Assembly (NCBI GenBank): GCA_012295275.1 | Contig: CM022675.1 | Coordinates: forward strand, 16,616,001-16,680,000 | Source: Chrysomallon squamiferum | Lineage: Eukaryota; Animalia; Mollusca | Direction: 5' to 3' | DNA length: 64,000 nucleotides | Shown: positions 49,652 through 63,735 of the stretch, in pieces | How positions within the stretch are numbered: the stretch's first letter is position 1 | Layout: each line of letters begins with the position of its first letter | Position numbers and translations under genes: made by a program | The notes under the pieces: model-generated | Seen by the model: the letters and a program-made list of their open reading frames with translations, nothing else | The model's database searches: none | Told to the model about the DNA's origin: nothing

Positions 49652-51824
49652 CAAAGAGAAAGGGAGACTAATTAATGTTCAAACTTGCAAATCTGTAATT
49701 AATCATTAAATTACTTCAGGTGTATTACAGGTAATCTCAGCTCACTCTAATACACCTTTATCAACATTATAATTATCACATTTCAACCTTTGATCTTGCT
49801 GTGCTTCATTTTAAGCCTGATAGTGTTAAGCCACTGATCCCTGATGTTAAGAATAATGAAGTTAATTGGGGGTAAATAGACGTTTAGCTTACATGTGTAT
49901 ACTTACCTGTATATCACAATAATAACTAACCACAGCAGATACCATTACACAGGATTAGAAACTGTAAACATAGCTAACATTCTCTCTCTCTGAACACACA
50001 CAGTTTCACACAAACAACTACTTTATCAAAATAGTAATAACTTCTTATTGTACATGCAATACTGTTATTATTATTATACATTAGACACTTGTTACATAAC
50101 TTGAATAAGATCACATGATTAAACCTTTTGACAGAACAGGAAACAATATAATATAATAAAAAAAATATATGGTATATGAACACAAGCTATGATTGAAATG
50201 TAAATTAGAATAAAATCACATCCTCCAAAATAACTGAAACTTTCAAATTCTGGATGCTGTGTTTGTAATGGTGAAGCAGTTGAAACGGATAACAATTTTT
50301 ATTAAGATCTGGTTTTTCTTGTCGTAAATTCTCATTCCAGACATGTCTGAAGCATCATAAATATCTTTCAAAAATGTTTACCTTGTGAATCATGCAAAGT
50401 GACATATTTTATATACGAAATATTTTAATAGCTATTTATATAGCATTCTTTACTCCTAACAAAACCAAAGTACTGAGAATCACAGCATTCTGCAAATAAC
50501 AGATGTATAGTTTAATATTTTTAGTATTCTGAAATATCAAGTTCACTGCACTTCCATCGAAACACACACACAAATCTTTATGTCTGTCTGTAAATGAATA
50601 TTTGACACTGCATGAAAATGTATCAGCTACTGGGTGTCAAACAAAGGTGAATATAACAAAATGGTGAATATTTTCTATATAAAAATTCAAAATGAGTCAA
50701 AACACAGTGTAAAGAGCTGTGCAAACAGTTTATTTAAATTACGATTTATGGTAAAATTCAGCAACCACAGAAACTTTAAACAGAGAGAGATATGTGTATA
50801 AATATGTAATAATCAATTAACAGGAACAGTTAGTTATCAAAGTAAGATCAATCTGCCTAAGTCTTTTCCCAATCCAATCAGAACTCCACAACTCTCATGT
50901 ATGATCATTATACAAAAATCTCAAACACATGAAATCTAACAAATGTCAATCAAATTATACTGAGATATTGTTAAATGAAAACAGATTCATTCATTAATGC
51001 AACATACATATTTATATGTATCTGTGTGTGTGCGTGTGTGTGTGTGTGTTTACATGACCTTGTATATCAAATTAATGATTAAATCAGCTTTTGGAGATTT
51101 TTATGCATGCAGAATTCCACATTCCACATGATATGAACTTTATTTTAATATCACTCTTTAGCCTGTACTTGCTGAAGTACTTAGTTATGTATATTTTCTA
51201 TCAAAATATTTAAATAATAATAATAATAATAAAATAGTAATAAAAATAAAAACAAACAGAAACAAAAACAAAAACAAAAACAAACAAACAAACAAACAAA
51301 CAAATAAATAAATAAATAAAATGGCTGCTTGATATTTTCAATGCTTGCATGAATGTCAAAATGTGATTTTATCCTGACTTGACGCACAGGATCACAGGTA
51401 TATTCAGTTTCAGATGACAGAAGCTACAAAGGTACATATCATATTGTTCTTATCATACATATGTGATAAAATCAGTATATTCATCCGTGCAATAATGTTG
51501 TAACTGATATGTATCATTTTGTGTTAAAAAGTTTGACAGTCGTTTTATTTCACACTTTTCTGCTTGCAAAAAAACTGACTTCACCTGTTTCATCTCTTTT
51601 AATAATTAGGAAAACAGATAAAAATAATTTAAACTGTTAATAAGTGAACAGATTTAAAAATGAGGAAAAAGTAAAACTAATACATGGTTTTGTGATTGCT
51701 GATCAATATTTAAAATTGTAGTTTAGTACAGTTTTTGTTATTATTATTATATGTAATATTTTTTTAATTACTGATTTTTTTTCTTCTGTACATAATAATC
51801 GGATCTGCTTAGAACAACAACAAC

Positions 51825-51890
<66 letters not shown>

Positions 51891-52293
51891 GAAAGAAAGA
51901 ATGAAAGAAAGAAAAGGACAAAATGAATAGTGTAGTTTTACAATTTTTTTCACCGTTTTTTCCAGTGTTTCTGTTGTAATATTTATAACAGTAATTACAA
52001 CGACGCATGACGACTATAACACATTTGCCAATCGATCACGAAGATTGGGTTGGGGTACTGAAATCAATACACACAACCCTATTGTATTCGTATCACATGT
52101 TCTTTGTCTTATATTTAGCTACAGTGCAATTTTATAAAGTAATACAATGTCACAAGAATGTCACACAAGGGGGAAGGACGTCTATTTTACTCAATCTAAT
52201 GCAGATCGTCCGATCCGGCTACCTGCATTTTCACCTGACGAAAATGAAGGTAAACACTGCACATAACACAATGAACTTAACAACTCGACTTAC

Positions 52294-52372
52294 CGAGTCC
52301 AAATAGATCTTGTAGAACTCCATTCCAGTCAGTAGTTTGTTGTGAAGGTGTAATTTTCCCAGGTAACATCAT
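52294..52372 (-). CDS. FBXL7: Candidate first coding exon of FBXL7
   Basis: MMLPGKITPSQQTTDWNGVLQDLFGL+G, strong donor TCG|gtaagt, phase 1 matching the exon at 27367; lies just downstream of a CpG-rich promoter-like patch. Confidence 0.55.
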
Positions 52373-52429
52373 TACACTTCGAATAACGTAATTATTTTCT
52401 CCACGTAACGGTAAAATCCATCTCCGAGA

Positions 52430-52565
52430 AACAAACGGCAGCTAAGCGGTAGCAGAATGACTGTCACAGCTCGTGCGGTCCGCGAGGCGCGAGCTTCGTT
52501 TGACAGAGCGTGCGATACTGAGGTCACGTGACTCGGGTGAAACTAACGTTCTGTATTACGTGTTG
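52430..52565 (-). promoter_or_regulatory. Putative FBXL7 promoter (CpG-rich, GTCACGTGAC box)
   Basis: High local CpG density; perfect palindrome GTCACGTGAC at 52523-52532. Confidence 0.55.
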
Positions 52566-53043
52566 AATACAAATTTCAGGTATTCTGTGGTTACAGTGAA
52601 ATTCAGTAGGAGCGGTGAAGACATTTTATTTCATGTTACCTTATTATCTTTTTTATTTATTTTGTAAAATGAAATATGGAATTTCCTTTTTTAACAAACA
52701 GACTGCTTGTTCAACGTTATCAGATAATTAGTTTAAAATTACTTTTGACTTTTTATAAGAGTTATGCGAAGTATATGAGGCTAGAGATCACGTCCACGAT
52801 TTGAGAGGTCGAGGAATTGTGATTTACTCATTTTAATGGAAAGTTCAGATTATTCTATATAATTTTTTTTTTTTTTTTTTTAAATTATTTATGATTAAGA
52901 TAGGTGTATAAATTGACGATAGAGGGTTTCACTTTTTAGAAAATAAAAATTTACATGAACTTTAGAGTTGTGACATAATAATCAAAACGGGTTCAATTGT
53001 TAAATTTTCACAAAGAATTTTGTTTACTTTGGATTAAGGTGAA

Positions 53044-53105
<62 letters not shown>

Positions 53106-53148
53106 TAATAAAACAGTAGTAGTGCTGATATTGTTATTGTTGTTGTTG

Positions 53149-53199
<51 letters not shown>

Positions 53200-54322
53200 A
53201 AACTGCAGAAATAGTATTATCAACAACAACAACAATAATAAGCGGCAGCTGGGAATAGATGACGTACTTATTGTTGTCAGTTCTTTCAAAGTTAATTTCA
53301 CAGTTAGAAACTGGTTACAAAAAAAAAAAAACGTACACTTAACGTTCAGTCACTTACAAATGCATACCTGCATTAATTTATGTGGGTAAAAATAACCGGG
53401 TATTTATTTAATTTGATCGAGATCTGACTAACACCTGACGTTACCTGAAAAGAAAGCATCTGTTGAAAGAGAACGCACACAAAGGTGCGTTAATATTGTA
53501 CGTATTGCTTGACCCTAGGTCACTGTATATCAATACACTCTTTGTTCAAATAGCAATAACAGATCAAAAATCTATACAAACACAGTGGTGGAACACAGTG
53601 GTACCTACTGCAAATATACTACTACCTGTATTGATTGTCGGGTGTTGGTAAATAAGCGAATATAACTGTAGGTTAGAACAGGTTAAATATGTACTTTAAT
53701 AATGAATCAACGAACGGTGTAAAAAAATAATGCTTGAACACTGGTTAATATGTGTCTGATGTACGTGCCATGTAATATAATGTATAGTGTAATGAAATTA
53801 AAATTATAGTGCTATATAATTAGCTCCTTTTTATTTTTGTTGTAAAAGCCAATGACTACTGTCTATACAATACAATACAATTTAATACTAATAATACAGT
53901 ATGTACAATACAATAAAATAAAACACATATACAATATAAAATAAAAATAAATTGCAATATATATATATATATAAAAAATAAAGTTTGAAACAATACAGTA
54001 CAATAAAATAAAAGTTTGATACAATACAATAAACTAAAACATAATTTTATTCAATATAATACAAATAAAATAAATAAATGGTACGGTACACCGTAATACA
54101 GTATGGTATAGAATAATACAATAATACAGTATAATATCAAGCAATACAGTACAATACACTACAGATATTTTGTTCTGTATATTTATAACTTCAGTCATCA
54201 CAACTATTGTACTCGTAGGAAGAAAAACATGGGCTGTGAACAGGGTATATAAAAAAGTCTAAAGAGTAAAAAACGATGTATAGAATGACGTACTGGTTAC
54301 CATCTCTCACTTCATTGCGTTG

Positions 54323-54367
<45 letters not shown>

Positions 54368-54959
54368 TTTGTATATGTGTGTGTGTACATTACTTTTTAT
54401 CTTGGAGCTTAAGTAAACCACGGTAAAGCCCCCCGCTCCTTTTTGAAATTAGGTATTCACCAGTGAAGCGAGTCATAAAACTGAAGAATGAAACAGAGGT
54501 TTAAAGAAAATCTGAACATAAACAGAAATCTGATAGCAAAAAGACGAAATATTTGTGAAGCAGAAAAGCTCGGTTTCTGTATATTTTGACGTGACATTGT
54601 TGGATATACTGTGTTTGAAAAGCTTCAGCCTTTGCATAAGAAAATAGCATTGTTACAAAATAAAGTCCTGTATCGTGAAGTGTAAAGAAGCTATGCGGCT
54701 ACTACGTAACTAAATGACGTTTCACTGTAATATATATATATATCAGTATGTATATAACATTTTTCTGCTAGGTAATAAACACACACACAAACACAAACGC
54801 AAACACATATACAAAGACAAACAGACAGATTTACAGAGAAAGAAAGACAGCCAAGCCAGGCAGGCAGATAAAAAAGGAAAAGAAAAGAGAACTAGACAGA
54901 AATACAGCCGTATATGCTCAGACAGACAAACACCCTCTCCACCCCACATATACACATAC

Positions 54960-54992
<33 letters not shown>

Positions 54993-55699
54993 GAGACAGA
55001 TAGACAGAGTGACCAGACATATTTTTATAGTCTGTATTATGTCACATTATGCACAACAATCATGAAATAGGTGTATGACTGTAGATGGAAGGACTACAAT
55101 GAAATAACATTGATTTTTTCAACCGCTGTGAGAAGCTAGGTTAGGCGGTGTCGCTAGGTACGGTACTACACATACAAATATGTATTTCTATACTGCACTG
55201 CGAATAATCGCCTACCTTTATGTACACTCATAAAAGAGGGGATATAGTCGTCGATTATTTGCGGTGAATCATTGCTTATTAACGATGCAGGTAAAGCCTG
55301 GTACTGTTACTGTACATTAACGGATTTATGGATTATAGTCATGCACTGCAAGGAGGATGACCTTCAACTTTTGTCATTGATCGAAGTCGAAGGTTTCTTT
55401 ATTAATTTTCACTACCTCTCTGTCGCTTTTGCTATAAAACCACGGGGAATTTTTTTTTTTTTTACTTTTTTTTTTTTTTTTATAATGAAACGAAATCTTC
55501 AAAAAAGATTTGGATGTCTGAACATTTTAATGTTTTTATTTGATTATTACTATTGTTTTTTAATTTATATATAATTATTAATTTTATATTTATATATTAT
55601 TATTATTTATTATCTTTATACTGTAAATTTGTTTTAATAAATATACGTATGAATGTTAATACTGAAGTTAGTTCAGACACACATACAACAGTAGATGCG

Positions 55700-55960
55700 T
55701 TGCCAGGAACCACTTTTATCAGTTAGCAACAACAAGACTTTTCTTATTTCTAAGGAAAATTCTAATAATTTGCCTGTTGACCAGTCCCATGGGCATCTAA
55801 ATAAACCTAAAATAAGGAATATTTTGTTTACATCTTCCCTCAATCAAAAACATAGTCTCAGCCGTCTTTGATAAACCAGTCATGGGACACTGGCTGGAAC
55901 GGGATAAAGCCTAACAATGGGCCGAAGAGGATTGATGCCGCTAAGCTTCACGTCTGTGAC
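55700..55960 (+). mobile_element. Degraded SINE-like repeat copy
   Basis: ttagcaacaacaagacttttctt...ctttgataaaccagtcatgggacactggctggaacgg...ggattgatgccg, shared with other copies in the window. Confidence 0.45.
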
Positions 55961-57050
55961 AATCACAGAATTATGTAATTTCTTCTACAATTAGCCAGCG
56001 AATTCAGTTGTTTGCAAATCCTTATATCCAGTTTACTTTTCTGTAGATATAAAATTACATTCCCCATTATGGAATCAACGTCATTCTGAATGACGTACGT
56101 CTTTCCACAGGAATATGCCGTAATGCTTTCGGGACACACTGTTTCAGGGGAACATTAATTTTCCGGACGGGTATCTATGTCGGATCAGATTTTGTTTGTG
56201 GACCCTGCGTTTCCTTCCACAGTGGACTTTAACAAATACATTCCAGGAATGAAACAGATATACATGTATTTTTGTATCTCAGTGTCCAATAAAAATGATT
56301 AATTACAGGCTAATTATTGTTCTTTATCAACTCGGCAACGCACCTCGCTACATACTTGACATTCTTTAAACAAACAGTAACGTGATAAATAACAGTTAAA
56401 ACTTGGACGTTATTTTAGAAAAATGAAATTGAAAACGAAAAATAATAATAATAATAATAATAACAACACCAACAACAGCAATTAAAATAAATAAATAAAT
56501 AAATAACGCATAAATATTCAAAATGAATATATATATATATATAAACTAAAAGTTTAACAGAATGTTCATGTCAGTTATTCACGTGTAATATCTATTTTTG
56601 TTTTATGTCGTTCAAAGACGTGTTTGTGTTGAGGTCTCACGCTGTTTGTATGGAAATATATCTATAGACTGAGCGGACATTTCAAGTTCATGCAATTCGC
56701 CTTTAATCTCTTAAATATTTGTGTTCGAAGCAGCGACAATTAGAATAAATTCTAGAACAAAGCCATCACACGAGAACAGTAAAAGGAAAGTAGTGTTTTA
56801 TACTTTTTATTTGTTCTGATTAATATTTAATTATGTCTGTTCTATACAGAGTCTGCTGGTAACACACACACACACACACATGGACTGTAGTGAAAACAAC
56901 AGCTGGTGTAACAATGGAAACATAATCGTTTACTGCAGTATGTATAAGTAACATAATAAATAATATTTACATTGATGTATTCACATTCAAATCTTTCACT
57001 GATGGAGAGCCTATGAACCCCGAGGTTTGGTTCAGTTCAAAAAAAATAAG

Positions 57051-57088
<38 letters not shown>

Positions 57089-57684
57089 TGTTACAAATTT
57101 CAAAATAAATTATGTCTTACCGGAGTGTCAAATCGTAAATTTAACAATTTTAAACGTATAACTGCTTCGTTGGTTCAGATTAAACTATTATCGCAAAAAA
57201 CCCAAAACAACCTAAAGCAAGTGTTAATTAGTACATTTTATTACGTCACTCATGCAGATTTCTTATCGTCTTGTAAAATTCATTACACATTTCAACACCA
57301 GGTCCGAGAAATTAAAATTAAAGCTGAAATTAATTATAATTACACACCATACATATTAAATTTAAAGAAAGGAAGAAAGAAAGAAAGAAAAAAGAAAACC
57401 AGAACCAAAACTAAACAATAAGTGCTAAATCCATCTAAACTAGGCGAGATTTTTGCAATTTGTTTACGTTTGGCATTATCTGAGTTTGATACAACTAATT
57501 AAAAACGCATTCTAAACTTCGTCCTGTCCTAAAGCTGTTTGCATCACTCGGTAATTCTTCAAGATAACAGAAGGGGCAGTTTTTACATTATAAGACAACA
57601 TTACGTAGATTTTAACATTAAAAAAATAACATTACATAACAGATGTAATAGAAACAAATTAAACACCACAGGGTTCTTAGAAAC

Positions 57685-57721
<37 letters not shown>

Positions 57722-58435
57722 TGCTGACAACGCTAGGAAGACATATATATATATATAATGTATATGTATGTGATTATATATGTTTATGCATGTCGTGTCT
57801 GTGTAACGTAATAATCTGACATAAACACTAAACGAACTTTACATGAGATAATCTTATAGTGTGGATATATAGATAGACAGGTTAAATTTCATGCACCACA
57901 ACAAAATTATGAACATTTATGAAACAACTTTCAGTAAAGATTTATAATTTTATCAGTGTCTTGATTTGATCTACTTCAGATCATCAAGTGTTTGATTTTA
58001 ATTCAAACTCTGCTTGGGGCGGGGGAGGGGTGTGTGACACGCTGTCCCAAGTCAAGTAGCTATTTTCACACGATTAGAAAACAAGCTGTCACGAATTCCT
58101 AGACTTCAATCTTACATGAGAAAACACCTGCCAGGTAAATATGTCTACGTGCAGGGGATTAATCGAACAGGTACACATTATACACTTTTTATGAAATTCC
58201 AGTCACCATGAGAAAATTCGAGTCTTTAAATTTTATAGAACAAAGTAAAAACAATAAATAAAACAAAGCAAAACAAAACAAACAAAAACAAACAACAAAC
58301 AAACAAACAAACAAACAAACAAATAAATAAATAAAATAAAATAACAACAAAAAAATAAATATAATAACTAAAAATAATATTAAACTTTTATCTTTTCTGC
58401 ATGTATTAATCTGTCATGTTTACACTATACTATGA

Positions 58436-58467
<32 letters not shown>

Positions 58468-58549
58468 AAAATAAGAAAAAAAAAGTTTTTATTTGAATGT
58501 TGGATATTCTGTGTGAGCACACGTAGGAAACAGACAACATATTCCCACA

Positions 58550-58631
58550 GCTGTGATGGCCGAGTGGTTAAGGCGTTGGACTTGAAATCCAATGGGATCT
58601 TCCCGCGCAGGTTCGAACCCTGCTCGCAGCG
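58550..58631 (+). tRNA. trnS-UGA: tRNA-Ser, anticodon TGA (58583-58585)
   Basis: 82 nt: acceptor stem GCTGTGA/TCGCAGC, D arm GCCGAGTGGTTAAGGC, anticodon stem TTGGA/TCCAA, long variable arm, T loop GGTTCGAACC, discriminator G. Confidence 0.97.
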
Positions 58632-58636
58632 AAATA

Positions 58637-58661
58637 TTTTTTTTTTTTTTTTTTTTTTTTT
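58637..58661 (+). terminator. Pol III oligo-T terminator of tRNA-Ser
   Basis: T-run begins a few nt after the tRNA 3' end. Confidence 0.8.
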
Positions 58662-60484
58662 CCTTCACACGGTTGTTTTTGTAAATAGAAGATACTCGGT
58701 ATATTATATTTTGTATAATAGTTATTCAGTAAACGAATCCAAAATGATCTATAAAACCATACTCTGTATTAATAAATCTATTATCTTCAATAAATAAATC
58801 AAAAAAAAAAAAAAAAAAAAAAAAAATAAATAAATCAAATCAAATAAAAAAAAAAAAATCAGTAAGTTCGATATAGAGAACAGATATCATGTAATAAAAT
58901 CACGGTCTTAAAACGTGCTATTTTTTATTTCGTCATATGAAATGCAACAATTCTTTCATCTAAGGTAAAAACGTCCGTATAGTTACTTTTTTTCATTGTA
59001 GACAAATGTCATAATGAATTGCAACAATTCTTTCATTTCTGAAAGGTAAAACTGGTCAGTATAGTTACTTTAAAGGTTTTTATTGTAAGACAAAGCAGAT
59101 AATATAAAGGTTGTTATAAAATACAACAGCTCATTTATTATATGTGTGTTGTTATGTGCGTTCGTTGAGATGTTATAAAGGTTGTGATAAGGTAATACAA
59201 CAGCTCAGATAATATAAAGGTTGTTATAAGGTAATACAAGTATAACAAAAATATTATTACTATTAACTGCAATTTAAGTTAACAAGAGTTGTCTCCCGTG
59301 GAAAGTCGCTACTACTATTACAACTACTACTACTTCTACTAAGACTACTACAACAACTACTACAACTAAAATAACATATTTTTAAAAAGGAGGTTTGTCT
59401 ACTTTGTTTTTAATTACATTTTTCAAAGATTGTGAAGTAAAAGAAAACTTATTATTAAAAAATATAAATGTCACAAGTAAAACAGACATTTCCAAGTAAA
59501 AGCTTGTATTACAAAAACCCATCAGACTGAGCCACTTCTATTACATTTTTAAACCGCCTCTTCAGGAACACTAGACTACTGTATGTATAATTAACACTTT
59601 AAAATCTCATTTTTGGCAACAGTTTATTTTTAATTCCGACTTTTAATTAGTATTTTTTGTAAAATTAACAGATTTAATATATTTTGTAACCAGTTTTTAG
59701 CGTATGTTGCAAGATAGGACATACAGAAAAGAAAGAATAAAGAATGAAAGCTGTGCACATAATGAATAAAACACTATTAACCAGTTTTGTTTTTGTATTA
59801 ACAATATAAAAAATAAAACCTTTTGCTATCAATCATGATTTACTCTCATCGAAACACTAGCAAAAGATCTTCTGTGTTTGTGTGTGGTTTGTGTGTGTGT
59901 GTTATGTGTGTGTGTTGTGTGTGGTGTGTGTGTGTGTGTGTGTGTGTGTGTTGTGTGTGGTGTGTTGTGTTGTGTGTGTGTGTAAGACGGTGTGTGTTTG
60001 CATTTGCATGTAAGAATAATTATATGTATGTCTGTATGTGTATATGTACTCACACACCCACACTCATACACACAAACATACATTCATTTTAGATGTTTTT
60101 TGTATGTCTACGAATGTTTATATGAGAAATGTATTGTCTATTTTTGAAATTCAGGCCAACACGAACTTTAAGCTATTTTACACTGTGACGTGGAAACACG
60201 AGTATTTTATATGACATTTGAAATACTTTACACTTACAGTACTTGATATATAAATTTAGAAATCACCAAGTTAAATTAACCTTAAATTGATTTCTGTTTT
60301 GTTATTGTTAGATAAACAAAATCCATAAATCAAGTTTCAGACGTCGTCACCAACGTCCGCAACATCACTAAAGCTTTTTTCCTTTTTCTTTGAACTCTGG
60401 TTTTCACATCTCACGGAAAACTTCATCAAAAGCGATATTACGCGATACTATCAGTCGCCATTAAGTGAAGATGAAGACGCTAAC

Positions 60485-60555
60485 AATGAACTGACTTGAA
60501 ATACACACACTTACCAGATCCACCAGACTGAGGCGAAAGAGTCACGTGACTTCCA
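60485..60555 (-). promoter_or_regulatory. Putative minus-strand promoter with AGTCACGTGACT palindrome and TCAGT initiators
   Basis: 12-bp palindrome at 60540-60551; minus-strand TCAGT at ~60531 and ~60494; gtaagt donors at 60514 and 60237; CpG-rich patch 60335-60480. Confidence 0.4.
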
Positions 60556-60878
60556 CTGTAAACTTTTTACATTGTTCATCTATACAATTGTAGGTATAAC
60601 ATATTGAGAAGGGATTTACGGAGATATATGATGAAAACACAATTTTAATGTCTTAACGTACATGAATGGTTTTCAGATAAACAAAATATTTTCAGTGTAG
60701 TTAATAACTGTCGATATTTAACTCCGATATTCACAGAGTGGATAACATAATGTGAAAAAAAAAAAAAAAAAAATTCTTAGAATAATTCATTTCTACTAAG
60801 AATGTCACATTTTGATTTTGATTTCAGTGATATGAGTAAATCCATTCTTCAATCTGATCACAAAATTATCTTCCAACT

Positions 60879-60937
60879 AATAGTCGTGTCATACTGCTAA
60901 CAGTCGTGTCATACTGCTAATAGTCGTGTCATACTGC
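60879..60937. repeat. 20-bp tandem repeat x3
   Basis: aaYagtcgtgtcatactgct. Confidence 0.85.
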
Positions 60938-61973
60938 GTTTTGAAATAAAAATTAAAGAAACTGAACAAAATAATAGCTATAAAAATGTATCGCCATAAA
61001 TATTTAAATTGTATCCCACCTTGCAGTTTTAAAACCAACTGCTAAAATTAAGGCGATAAGATATTTAAGAAAAAGAAATGCTACAAGAAGAAATTAATTT
61101 TATCACAAAGTAAAAGAAACATGACAGGGACCTAGAACATGCCGCTGCTAAACATCATCATTATGGAATGAAATCTGGTTTTTTTTCTTTCATGGCATAT
61201 TTTTATTGTTATATATTTTTTTACTTCTGAATTATGTACACGACAGAATTACTGCATACATTAAAGATTTATTTACAAAAAGATCAACATTTGGAATTTC
61301 GTGGAAAAAATAAAAGGAAAAGAAAAGAAAAAGAAAAAAGGAATGAAAAAGAAAGACAATGAGAAAGAGAAAGAAAAAAGTGAATATTAATTTGTGTGCA
61401 GCATGAACTCTAAATCCAGCAATAAAAAACCTTAACATCTATTTATTGTTTTTTTACTTCATTTTTAGATATTTATTTATTTCAAGTTTTTTTTTTTAAT
61501 CCTCTTTTCAAATCTATCTGGATTGATTTATGACTCGATTCTCCATTTTGCAAGAAAATTCGACTCCGGTCTTTTTTGTTTGGTAACGAGAGAAAAATGA
61601 ATAGATTTCCTTTACAAGTTGTCTCCCTTCTCGTTATATCCCTTTAAAATACATCCAACCACGGGATGTATAATTATTTACAAACTGTTTAACTTCCCTT
61701 GGTAATTAGTGAATTTTCTAAATAAAATAAAAAACATAATATGTAACTAAACTCCCTCCCCAACACTACCCCCCAAAAAAAAATCCACCAACCAAACAAA
61801 CAGAACAGTTGATGTATTAAAATTATAAAAGTAAATAGAAACAAATGAGCAAACTGAAATAAATAAATGTGTTTACTGGAGTCTCATATTTTTATTATTC
61901 AAAAATTTTCTATGAATGAGTGTTTGCAAGAACACATTTTCTTTTTTCCTTTTTTTCTTTCATTTTAAACATG

Positions 61974-62019
<46 letters not shown>

Positions 62020-62471
62020 TTTTTTTTTGCATAATCATCGTGGGGGTGGTAATAATATTATTTACATTCGAGTATATTTTTCCGATACAGACTACAGAGA
62101 AAATAAAGTCTAGACACTGAAATGTTTTTTTTTTTTTTTTTTTTATTTTCAAACGGAAACATTTGTCAAAACGCAAACAAACAAAAGACATACAAAAGAA
62201 AACCCCAAAAAAACAACCAAACAAACAAAAAGACACCCCGAAAAAAAAAAAAAAAAAAAAAAAAAATAAAAAACACGCCCCAAACCTCGCACTAATAGAC
62301 TACTGCACCAGTTCACCTTTTTTACTGAACCATTTAGGTGAAAATGAACAACGAACAATAGTTATTTATTACACTGCGAAATATTAATATGGCATATCAT
62401 ATTAAAGTCTTTTGAAGCAAAAACAGCTTTTGCCTTTAAATAAAATAAAATAAAATAAAATAAAATAATAA

Positions 62472-62503
<32 letters not shown>

Positions 62504-63067
62504 ATAAAAATTGGTCAGGTGTCTGTTTTGCAATGGTAGAAATTCAAAAACAAACACTGAGAATGTTTTCATGCTGCGCTTTATAAACAAGCACTTGACT
62601 GCCTTTCTTAACAGGAGAGTTCTCTATTTCGCAGTTCTGAATATAACTCAGATATTTCTCATACATTTCCCAACAAAATAAAGGAAGCCGAAATTTTTCT
62701 GATAATACTGACATGAAAACTCCGAAGTGTGAGTTCGTGTAATATTTGCTTGAATAATGAAAATACGTTCACTCACAGATCAGATCCTGGCCAATTGTTT
62801 TAAAACTCGGAAATTTTACTTTAGTGAACAGAAGATTTCTTTTAACAATTAACAGTGATAAATACGATGAGCCTAGTGGTTATTTCCATCCAGTGCAGTC
62901 TTCACTAACAGGTTGTCAAAAATGTACTTCCTTGTACAAGGGAATATCAATATTAAAGATGTCACATATCGTTAAACAATTTTTTTATTATTTTTTTTTA
63001 TTTTTTTTTTTTACTTTTATAGTTAACACCGGTTACTGAAGCACATGCCTACATGTGTTCAAATGGA

Positions 63068-63114
<47 letters not shown>

Positions 63115-63368
63115 TGGCTGATCTGAAAAGTTTGACAAGCGAAAACGGATTAATACAGTTTTGTGCCAGAAGCAGCAGTTAAAAAAATAAAGATCGAGCG
63201 AAACTTCTGATAAAAAGAGGTAAATCTAAACTGCAAAATTACCCCTAAGCATATAGCTTAGGTGCAGTTTCAACTTTGGATAAATATAATAACTACGAAA
63301 CAGAAACACGAGCTCAAGAAATTATCCGAAAAGACGCGTTGTCGTACTGACCCTAAACCCGTACAGCG

Positions 63369-63634
63369 TTATTTGACACGACATGAACGGCACACATTGA
63401 AGACGCGATACAAATATTGAAAAATCAAGATGTGTGATGAGATGAAAGAGAAACTCTGGACACGACGACAATGTTGACACTCATAATGAACTTCAGCAGC
63501 TATGGAAACCTGCTCGTATGAGGCAGAGTGAGTTTTGAAACGACGTGTGTTCGATTGTTTACTAGTATTAACAGCTTTTCTTCTGTCAGCTCTGTGGTGG
63601 GACGTCAGAGCGTTCATTTTCTCGTCTAATTTTT
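63369..63634 (-). CDS. Possible terminal exon of a minus-strand gene entering from beyond the window (unknown product)
   Basis: aag| acceptor after an (ATT)n tract; ~88 open codons in a GC-richer island; two CxxC motifs; no recognisable family. Confidence 0.25.
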
Positions 63635-63690
63635 CTTTCAATAATAATAATAATAATAATAATAATATGATAATAATAATAATGATTATG

Positions 63691-63735
<45 letters not shown>

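Noticed and set aside
49907-49961. Minus-strand 55-nt exon-like segment with perfect CAG|gtaagt donor
   Set aside because: Stops in all entry frames; it cannot connect FBXL7 exon 1 to downstream coding exons
52294-52421. Selenocysteine/readthrough explanation for the third frame of FBXL7 exon 1 leading into the micro-ORF
   Set aside because: That frame contains TAA as well as TGA, and no SECIS-like element was seen
58513-58797. 94-aa ORF
   Set aside because: Merely spans the tRNA-Ser gene and its poly-T terminator
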